Shown one piece after another: positions 57,384 through 64,000 of a stretch of DNA of 64,000 bases (position 1 is the stretch's first letter; every line of letters starts with the position of its first letter). The notes beneath the pieces are model-generated. The model was not told where the DNA came from. It made no database searches and saw only the letters and a list, made by a program, of their open reading frames with translations. Origin of the DNA: an uncultured Gammaproteobacteria bacterium (GTDB lineage Bacteria; Patescibacteriota; Microgenomatia; Levybacterales; UBA12049); NCBI GenBank assembly GCA_964571255.1, contig CAZNAA010000001.1, positions 620,666 to 684,665 on the forward strand. Direction: 5' to 3'. The translations under genes were made by a program, and so were the position numbers.

Positions 57384-58343
57384 TCATTTTATGACCTCTA
57401 CTTCTGGATCAAGAGTAAATCCAAATGTTTCTTGGCATTTATCCTGAATCGCTTTTATAACAGCTAATACGTCTTGAGATTTGGCTCCTCCAAGATTATT
57501 GATAAAATTTCCATGTCGTTCAGACACTTGAGCTCTTCCTACTTTATATCCTCTAAATCCCATATGAGTAATTAAATATCCTGCCGAAACTTTTCCATGC
57601 CATTTTGTTTTGATTGTCTCCTCAAGTTCTGGAAGTACTTTAATCACTTTTGCAATTTCTTCAGGGGACTCAATATTTTTAAAGACAGATCCTGTATTAG
57701 GATATTCATGAGGATGATTTGTTTCCCTGTATTCAATATGTTCTTTATAAACCTCTTTTGCTTTTTCAACTTCTTCCTCCGTTGCAGGAAAAAGTTGAAA
57801 AGTTGCCGAAATAAGAATGAGTTCCTTGTTATGTTTAACAACACTTCCTCGATATTCAAATTCCATTTCACTCTTTTGCAGTGTTTTGGTTTTGGTTGGA
57901 TCTGAAAGTGAAAAAACTTCACACGACACAAAAGTATTTTTCAATTCTCCTCCAAAGGCTCCAACATTTCCTCGAACAGCAGCACCTATTGTTCCTGGGA
58001 GTCCTCCTGCCCATTCAAGTCCAATAAATCCGGCAGCAAAACCTTCTTGAATAAGCGTATCCAGTAATTCTCCGGCAAAAACAGTAACTCTTCCATCTTT
58101 AGTAAATTTCAATGGTTCTTTTGATTCATTAAAACGCAGCACTGCTCCATCAAAATACTTATCAGTAAAAAGAATATTGGCCCCAGTTCCAACCACCACA
58201 ACATTTTTTAATTTTTGCTCGGAAATATATTGCAGCGCAGTTTTAACGTCTTCAATTGAGGAAATATCAAAAAGGTGTTTTACTGTCCCACCAATTTGAT
58301 ACCAAAGGATCTCACTAATTGGAAAATCTTCATATACAACCAT
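57384..58343 (-). CDS. murB: UDP-N-acetylenolpyruvoylglucosamine reductase
   Basis: FAD-binding GTGANILF, C-terminal SAGYLI...GFRGYKVGRAQVSERHGNFINNLGGAKSQDV. Confidence 0.85.
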   Translation of the reverse strand: MVVYEDFPISEILWYQIGGTVKHLFDISSIEDVKTALQYISEQKLKNVVVVGTGANILFTDKYFDGAVLRFNESKEPLKFTKDGRVTVFAGELLDTLIQEGFAAGFIGLEWAGGLPGTIGAAVRGNVGAFGGELKNTFVSCEVFSLSDPTKTKTLQKSEMEFEYRGSVVKHNKELILISATFQLFPATEEEVEKAKEVYKEHIEYRETNHPHEYPNTGSVFKNIESPEEIAKVIKVLPELEETIKTKWHGKVSAGYLITHMGFRGYKVGRAQVSERHGNFINNLGGAKSQDVLAVIKAIQDKCQETFGFTLDPEVEVIK

Positions 58344-58347
58344 ACAG

Positions 58348-60138
58348 TTAACTTTCAGTTTCCATTGATACAGAGGAAACAAGATGATCAGGAAGGCGCA
58401 AAAGGCCCTCGTCTAATCTTTTTTGATCTAGAAAGTGGGCAATAAATCCAACACTTCGTGACAGGACAAATAAACTATTGAAAAATTCTTGAGTTACCAA
58501 TTCTTGCAGCTCTTCAGGACTTATGCCTTCTTTTTCTGAAAGAACATCAAGTAAAACTGCCGCAATAGCTCCGTCAATGTTTAAGATTAAATTTCCTTTC
58601 TTGCTACTCGTTACCTTCTCAACCTCAAGAGCAAAACTGGTATAAACTTTTTTCTCACAACTTTCAATAAAGGTAAGAAGCTTTTTTACTCTTGGATCAG
58701 GAAGATCTACTCGGTATTTTTTATGCCCTATTCCTAAGATATATTCATTTCGTGAAGCAAACGACTCAACAAACTCAGAAGCTTGAGTTTTTTCACTTAC
58801 TCCTTTTAGCCAATTACCAGCTGCTTCATTGACTGCTCCTCCAAAACGAGAACCAATGGTAAGTAAACCTGATGCTAAGGCTGAAACTAAATCCCTCCCA
58901 GCTCGGGCTGTAACAATGGTATTCACTGCTCCTGAGACGTGTGGTCCGTGATCAATAAGAAGTTTTAAGATAAACTCCACTACCTTTTCTGTTTCTTTGG
59001 ATTTGATTTGTTTTCCCAAAAAAGCTGATGCGACAAGGTAAGCAAACGAGTTGTTCTCAACGAGTGAGAGGAGTGAGGAATTGAGAAAATAGGCCTCTCC
59101 ATCTTTCTCCTGTGAAAGAGAGGTGGTGATTAAGGATTGGGAGCGATTTTTAATCTCATCCATATGCGTAGTATACGACTTCTCAGTGTGCTTGGATAGA
59201 GATGGAATTTGACCAACTAGAGAAACAAACTCTTCAAAAGAAGTAGCAACACTCATTCCCACTTCTTTTAGTCGCGCTCTTTTGGCCTTCGCACTCTCAT
59301 CCACAGTTCCTGCCATAGCCTTAGCATGACCAAATTGGGGAGGAGTTGGGAACAGATCGGAAACAATTCCAGCAATGTAGCAAACTGTTGGTTTAGTAAG
59401 TTTCTTCTGCTCATAAAGAGTAGCAATTTCATACTCATCTACTCCCCCTAACTCTCCGTAATATACAATGTGAGTTGTTTGGGAATCATTTTCTGCAAGT
59501 AAAAAAGCGTCTTTTGGACTAGTAAGGGGAAATCTATCTCCTCCCATATGCAACCCAAAAGAAATTCTTTTTCCACTCGTTGTCACTATTCGCATCAACT
59601 CATTAGTCATCCCGCCTGATGCTGAGATAACCGCAACACTTCCTCCATCTAGTAAATCTCCATCTAAAAATTGCACTGCATCAGTTCCTCCAATAGCACC
59701 ACTTTTCAAAAACCCAGGAAGAAGAAGACCAATACTTGCTGGTCCTAGAATTAATTTGTCTTTTGTCATTGTTAACAGTTCAAGTGCTTGTCTTTCCGGA
59801 ACGTCTTCAGCAAAGATGGTTAATACTTTTAACTTAGGGAGGGAAAGGGCATCTTTGGAGGAGTGTAATACTCTTCTTCCAGAACGAACGTTAATAGCAA
59901 CGGTTATTTTTTCTTGAAATGACTGAGGAAGTGAAGCAATGGATTCAAAAACAGGAAGTAATATTTCTTTTTTTCCAAAATAAAACTTTTCATACTTTCT
60001 TCCTGTTGAGAGAATGGCACAAAGACTAGGTTTTTCTTTTCCCAATAAAAAATCATAGTCCAAAATGGATTGAATAATCCCTTTGTGACTTCCAATCATA
60101 AGAATATTTTGATTACCTGATCTGAGTGCTTGTATCAT
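58348..60138 (-). CDS. aclA: ATP-citrate lyase large subunit AclA-like (CoA-binding/succinyl-CoA-synthetase-alpha-like + citrate-synthase-like domain)
   Basis: ILGIGHKKYRVDLPDPRV matches ACLY GIGHRVKSINNPDMRV; His-loop region; 596 aa. Confidence 0.8.
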   Translation of the reverse strand: MIQALRSGNQNILMIGSHKGIIQSILDYDFLLGKEKPSLCAILSTGRKYEKFYFGKKEILLPVFESIASLPQSFQEKITVAINVRSGRRVLHSSKDALSLPKLKVLTIFAEDVPERQALELLTMTKDKLILGPASIGLLLPGFLKSGAIGGTDAVQFLDGDLLDGGSVAVISASGGMTNELMRIVTTSGKRISFGLHMGGDRFPLTSPKDAFLLAENDSQTTHIVYYGELGGVDEYEIATLYEQKKLTKPTVCYIAGIVSDLFPTPPQFGHAKAMAGTVDESAKAKRARLKEVGMSVATSFEEFVSLVGQIPSLSKHTEKSYTTHMDEIKNRSQSLITTSLSQEKDGEAYFLNSSLLSLVENNSFAYLVASAFLGKQIKSKETEKVVEFILKLLIDHGPHVSGAVNTIVTARAGRDLVSALASGLLTIGSRFGGAVNEAAGNWLKGVSEKTQASEFVESFASRNEYILGIGHKKYRVDLPDPRVKKLLTFIESCEKKVYTSFALEVEKVTSSKKGNLILNIDGAIAAVLLDVLSEKEGISPEELQELVTQEFFNSLFVLSRSVGFIAHFLDQKRLDEGLLRLPDHLVSSVSMETES

Positions 60139-61277
60139 ACGTTTATTGCTTGTTTGACTATTTCAGAAATGGTCATATCAGGACCAGATACTGCTCCGTA
60201 GAGATTTTTATCTTTTAAGAATTGCTCCATTAGTGCTAAGCCTTTTTTCTGATTCGGCCCACCACGCCTCACATAGACTTTTACTTTTTCTTTGACTAAT
60301 TTTTCACTTTCTTCGTCTAAGGCTTGGATTACTCCAGTAAAGGTTTTGGCAATATCCGTAAAGTTGGCTACTCCTCCTCCAATAATAATACGTTTGTTCT
60401 GTGCCGTACTCTTAAAAAGAAGACTGAGTAACTCTTTGGTATACAAATAGGTTTCCTCAGTCGTTGGGTTCCCACTATACTCTCCATAATTTGCAATCTC
60501 TTCTCCTTTACCACTTTGTGCAATTTCATCAGCAATAACTAAACTTGCTCCTCCTCCAGACATGAGTAAAAAGATACTTCCATTTTTATTAAGTACCGTT
60601 AAGGAAAAAGAGGCTTGGGACTTTTCAGAAAGATCCTTAATGTGTTTTTCTTCCTCAGTTATTTTTTGAAAAGGAAGCGCAAAATCCTCTTCATTCCAAA
60701 AAGAGGTTGCAAAGAAGCTAGCTGCTGTATCTACTTCACACGCAATATCAAGTGGAAGAAACTGAGATTGCTTATACACAAACGGATTTATTTCCAAGAA
60801 AGAAAGATACGCATCATTAAAAAGTGTCACAAGGGTAGGAAGAAGTTGTGGATCTATTCCTTCAAGTGAAGGGATCTCTTTTGTAATAAGATGTTTTATA
60901 ACTTCACTTTCCTCTTCTATATGCACTCCCCCTTTTTTTGAGTACAAAAGGTGAATACCATCTCGCTCTCGTGTAAGAGAGAGGTATTGCTCCTCATCTG
61001 ATTCATGAGGAATATATGGCTCAAGTAAAAACGTGCTATAACCTTTCTCCATCCAATCAGAAAGAAGTGATTCAATATCTCCTTTGGCAATATTTACCTT
61101 GACGAGTCCTGACAGAAAACGTTTTTTTACTCCCTGATCTACTTTCAAAACATATTGTCCCTCAGGAATACTGTGCACTTGACTCATATCAGTAAGAGAA
61201 ACTCCAGAATAAGAGAGAGAAAGAGCGTGGAAAACAAGTGTCTTACTGGAAAATTCCGATAACCGTTGTCGTGCCAT
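60135..61277 (-). CDS. aclB: ATP-citrate lyase small subunit AclB-like (ATP-grasp, succinyl-CoA-synthetase-beta-like)
   Basis: FLLMSGGGASLVIADEI...ANYGEYSGNPTTEETY...IIGGGVANFTDIAKTF...VYVRRGGPN aligns closely to the ACLY N-terminal region; 4-nt overlap with aclA. Confidence 0.85.
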   Translation of the reverse strand: MARQRLSEFSSKTLVFHALSLSYSGVSLTDMSQVHSIPEGQYVLKVDQGVKKRFLSGLVKVNIAKGDIESLLSDWMEKGYSTFLLEPYIPHESDEEQYLSLTRERDGIHLLYSKKGGVHIEEESEVIKHLITKEIPSLEGIDPQLLPTLVTLFNDAYLSFLEINPFVYKQSQFLPLDIACEVDTAASFFATSFWNEEDFALPFQKITEEEKHIKDLSEKSQASFSLTVLNKNGSIFLLMSGGGASLVIADEIAQSGKGEEIANYGEYSGNPTTEETYLYTKELLSLLFKSTAQNKRIIIGGGVANFTDIAKTFTGVIQALDEESEKLVKEKVKVYVRRGGPNQKKGLALMEQFLKDKNLYGAVSGPDMTISEIVKQAINV

Positions 61278-61315
61278 ACAAGATAAGCGTAACGAAAGCA
61301 GAGGAAGTTGACAAG

Positions 61316-61780
61316 CTACTCAATAGCTTTAATCGTATATTCTATTTTCCCAGATGGTGCAGCTACGACTGCTTTTTCTCCAATCTTTTTTCCAAGAAGT
61401 GCTTTTCCAAGAGGAGATTGATCAGAGATTTTTTTCTTTCTAGGATCTGCTTCCCATTCACCAACAATCCGATATTTTTCTTCTTTTCCATTCGTTACGG
61501 TAACTGTTGAACCAACCGAGACAACCCCTGTTGTTTTTTTGGAATCATCAATCACACTTACTTGCTTAAGCAGTTCTTCAAGCTCACTAATTCGATCATC
61601 CATAAAAGACAATTCGTCACGTGCTGCTTGATATTGAGCGTTTTCAGAGAGGTCTCCCATCTCACGAGCCGTCGTTAATTGAGAGACAACTTCAGGTCGT
61701 TTTTTATGGACCAAATCATCGTATTCTTTCTTTAGCTCAGCTAGTCCTTGAGCTGTTAAATATTGTTTTTTTGCTTTCAT
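61316..61780 (-). CDS. greA: Transcription elongation factor GreA
   Basis: MKAKKQYLTAQGLAELKKEYDDL coiled-coil + FKBP-like C-domain; ORF-track start 61807 lies in an upstream terminator hairpin. Confidence 0.85.
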   Translation of the reverse strand: MKAKKQYLTAQGLAELKKEYDDLVHKKRPEVVSQLTTAREMGDLSENAQYQAARDELSFMDDRISELEELLKQVSVIDDSKKTTGVVSVGSTVTVTNGKEEKYRIVGEWEADPRKKKISDQSPLGKALLGKKIGEKAVVAAPSGKIEYTIKAIE

Positions 61781-61818
61781 AATAAACCTAAAAATAAACC
61801 CTCCCAAGTACTGGAGGG
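61781..61818 (-). terminator. Intrinsic terminator CCCTCC-N8-GGAGGG + UUUAUUUUUAGGUUUAUU ending at greA ATG
   Basis: stem 61799-61804/61813-61818; U-tract 61781-61798 on minus strand. Confidence 0.5.
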
Positions 61819-61861
61819 AAATGTCAAATCGAGTGCAGTATAGATAATATATTGAGCCTTG

Positions 61862-62710
61862 TCAATGTGGTATAGTACTCGTTTTAGCCTCAAATTCTCT
61901 TAAAATACGCATGCGGTAATCTACTGGGTGAAAGGCAGCTAGATGGAGTGAAACTGTCTCAATTGTTTGCGTTTTTCGAATAGAAAAAAGCTGAAGATGG
62001 TAGCATAAAAAATTAAAAAACCGAGTTACTCCTAACACTTTTGAAGAGGGTGCAATAGAGGGAGAAATTGCGTTTTTTGCATTAGGAAAAAAGGGAAATG
62101 TCCAGGAGTTTTTCCATATAAATCTCTCATAAATACTTTCTTTGTTTATTACAGGAAATAATTGGTGAATTTCCCGAGCAGTATAGATATCTCGTTGTTT
62201 TTGGGGAAAACTCAACTTCTCTTCGTCAAGTAACATATTCACACAGACAAGCTCTGTTGTATTCACAGATTTTTTCGTTCGCAAAACTCCTTTGTATACC
62301 AAAAATAAAAGGACGATACACCGAGTAAGCCAGAGAGTATGGGACTTAGTAATTAAAAAAAGATCAATATCTCCTTTTTTTTGATATTGCCCAGCTCCTA
62401 AGCTTCCACTTATTCCAATAAAAAGAATCCAAGAAATAAAAGACAAAGGAGAAAGAAGTTTTTTCATCTCTTCTCTTTTCTCAGTCACTTTTTTTTCATT
62501 TATCACTCTTGTCTCAATCCATTCGTTTCTTCCTTTCAATGTAACAAAGTTGTCTTTTAACAGAAGTTCAGGCAAGTCAGAGAGCGTTTTGAGAAAAGAG
62601 ACATAGGAGAGTTTTTTGGGAAGAAAATACCAGAGTTCTCTTTGCGTTAAAGGAAAGTGAAAAATACTACTATACAAAAGTGGAATAAGAAAGGCTTTCT
62701 TACTGTCCAT
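61862..62710 (-). CDS. Hypothetical protein with minimal nucleotidyltransferase-like motif
   Basis: GISGSLGAGQYQKKGDIDLFLI (GS-x(n)-DxD); start uncertain (62737 or 62710). Confidence 0.35.
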   Translation of the reverse strand: MDSKKAFLIPLLYSSIFHFPLTQRELWYFLPKKLSYVSFLKTLSDLPELLLKDNFVTLKGRNEWIETRVINEKKVTEKREEMKKLLSPLSFISWILFIGISGSLGAGQYQKKGDIDLFLITKSHTLWLTRCIVLLFLVYKGVLRTKKSVNTTELVCVNMLLDEEKLSFPQKQRDIYTAREIHQLFPVINKESIYERFIWKNSWTFPFFPNAKNAISPSIAPSSKVLGVTRFFNFLCYHLQLFSIRKTQTIETVSLHLAAFHPVDYRMRILREFEAKTSTIPH

Positions 62711-64000
62711 ACTGCCCCAGGACTTGTGAAACCCCATTAGATAACGTATCTACAGCACTTTCTGGAGAAGTTGCTTGCAATACTGAGCGAACAGCATTCC
62801 CCATATACCCATTTAATTGGTCATTTAATCCATTGTCATACGTATCTGCAACAAAAGGAGTTGATACAGCAAAAGGAGACTGTAGAAGGAATGGATAGAC
62901 CAGCTTATTGTCTTTTAGCGTTTCAGAAAGATCTGATCGAGGATATAATTCTCCAAAGAGGCGTACCTTTGCTGCTTCTGCATAGAACTTTTGTAGGGTT
63001 TCTTTTCGTTGTAAAAAGTTCATAAGTAAAAAGGCTGCTTCTTGATTCGTACTTTTACTCGATACCCCTTCAAGCCAATAACTTGCAACGGTCAGACTTT
63101 TTCCAGGCAAATTTGGAACAGGATGAGTTGAGAACTTTAACTCTTTATTTACGGCTTCGATTTGGAAAATATCCCATGAATAGCCAAGATACATGGCTAA
63201 TTTTCCTTGGATAAACAGAGTAAGGGAGGGTTCTAGTGAACTATCCCACACGTTATTTGTATCTCTAGCAAAAGCTGTGTAGAAAGTAAGTGCTTCACTT
63301 GCTTTATCTTTTGTTTGGGCAAGAGTAGCAAAGTCTGTTCCATTTTGAAGCATAATGAGTGAGACAATATCTGGAGCATGGGTGATATTGTCATACGTCC
63401 CTAGTCCTGCTCCGGCTGTTTGAATTTTTCCTTCTTGATCTTTGACTGTTACGGCTTTTGCAACTTTAATAAACTCATCCCAGGTGGTTGGAACCGGTTG
63501 ACCACTGGCTTCTAAAATTTCAGTATTCACAAAAAGTGCGAGAGTATCTATCCCTAGTGGAATGCCATAGACAGCTCCTCCCTTAACACTATCTTGTTGA
63601 ACTACAGGAAAGTAGTTGATTTGAAAACTTTGAGGATCAATCGTATTTTTGGGAAAAGGAGATAACTCTTTGGAAAGCATTGGATACCATGTATTGTGGT
63701 AGCGAAAAACGTCAGGTCCATTCCCTAAAGGAATTCGAGCAGAAAGACGTTGGCGATAATCTTTGATGTCTTGTCTGGAATATTTGACTGTAATATGGGG
63801 ATACTCTTTGCTAAAGTCATCAAAAAGTGACTGCATCACTCGTGGCTCTTCCCATAATCCCCAATACGTTAGTGTAACGGCTTGAGGCTTTGAGTTAAAC
63901 ATTGGAAGAATCACTCTGGTAACAAGGAGAAAGAGTAATCCTATTCCTAAAATAAAAAGGAGGACAGCAATAATTGGTCCCCATGGAATAGAACGATGAG
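62700..64000 (-). CDS. ABC transporter solute-binding protein (family 1, sugar-type), N-terminus extends beyond window
   Basis: ORF open to window end; upstream in-frame ...PWGPIIAVLLFILGIGLLFLLVTRV TM anchor; 404-aa periplasmic-domain-like body. Confidence 0.7.
   Translation of the reverse strand, partial: HRSIPWGPIIAVLLFILGIGLLFLLVTRVILPMFNSKPQAVTLTYWGLWEEPRVMQSLFDDFSKEYPHITVKYSRQDIKDYRQRLSARIPLGNGPDVFRYHNTWYPMLSKELSPFPKNTIDPQSFQINYFPVVQQDSVKGGAVYGIPLGIDTLALFVNTEILEASGQPVPTTWDEFIKVAKAVTVKDQEGKIQTAGAGLGTYDNITHAPDIVSLIMLQNGTDFATLAQTKDKASEALTFYTAFARDTNNVWDSSLEPSLTLFIQGKLAMYLGYSWDIFQIEAVNKELKFSTHPVPNLPGKSLTVASYWLEGVSSKSTNQEAAFLLMNFLQRKETLQKFYAEAAKVRLFGELYPRSDLSETLKDNKLVYPFLLQSPFAVSTPFVADTYDNGLNDQLNGYMGNAVRSVLQATSPESAVDTLSNGVSQVLGQYGQ

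Noticed and set aside
57381-57398. Hairpin GGTCAT-TTT-ATGACC at murB 3' end
   Set aside because: It overlaps the murB stop codon, has a 3-nt loop and no U-tract on the transcribed strand, so it is not a convincing terminator.
1-64000. Searched by eye for CRISPR arrays, rRNA/tRNA genes, IS elements, integrases/recombinases and toxin-antitoxin pairs
   Set aside because: No direct-repeat/spacer arrays and no transposase or integrase ORFs were seen. The GC-rich islets carry no mobility genes.

Overview
This 64-kb window is AT-rich, with roughly 35-40% GC by eye, and is almost entirely coding, mostly on the minus strand. The gene set looks like a genome-reduced monoderm bacterium. Patescibacteria/CPR is my inference, based on several short housekeeping proteins and the absence of rbfA and truB from the nusA-infB-rpsO-pnp operon. 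Those short proteins are IF-2 (475 aa), AlaRS (about 634 aa) and MetRS (482 aa). There is also a sortase, an RNase J and a Lon-like protein with no protease domain.

Housekeeping genes I could identify by manual translation are: rpoB (5' part, truncated at the window start and missing from the ORF track), alaS, mltG, rodZ, ftsK, rnj, pnp, rpsO, infB, nusA, hrcA-grpE-dnaK-dnaJ, metG, tatD, lysS, murB, greA and a two-subunit ATP-citrate lyase. I found no rRNA genes, tRNA genes, CRISPR arrays, IS elements or integrases.

The main candidate for a novel system is a four-gene minus-strand operon at 27658-36584, with overlapping start and stop codons. In order of transcription it encodes:
- a 1106-aa polytopic membrane protein with about six tandem 70-100-aa repeats in its hydrophilic C-terminal part (33264-36584)
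- a ClpA/ClpC-type Hsp100 ATPase with Pro/Ser/Thr-rich disordered ends (30416-33280)
- a 115-aa membrane protein (30030-30377)
- a second Hsp100 paralog with an N-terminal double transmembrane anchor and a degenerate first AAA module (27658-30033)

This operon lies directly downstream of hrcA-grpE-dnaK-dnaJ. It is bracketed by two short GC-rich islets (about 50-55% GC, at 26806-27520 and 36700-37330). Each islet carries an orphan ORF and its own strong palindrome or hairpin.

A second recurring pattern is promoter architecture. At least nine genes have a TGnTATAAT-like -10 element only 6-11 nt upstream of the ATG, which points to widespread leaderless mRNAs. The same pattern means that several N-terminal extensions in the ORF track are wrong.

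Other notable items are:
- three paralogous tandem-HTH proteins between rpoB and alaS
- a LysRS fused to a C-terminal B3/B4-like domain
- a Lon-like AAA+ protein lacking both the N-terminal domain and the protease domain
- a degenerate DHH-like protein with a Q/N-rich tail in the place where rbfA and truB usually sit
- a polysaccharide operon (GT2 synthase, WecA/MraY-family transferase, DPPRS-like UbiA)
- an actin-fold (FtsA/PilM-like) membrane fusion protein next to a sortase
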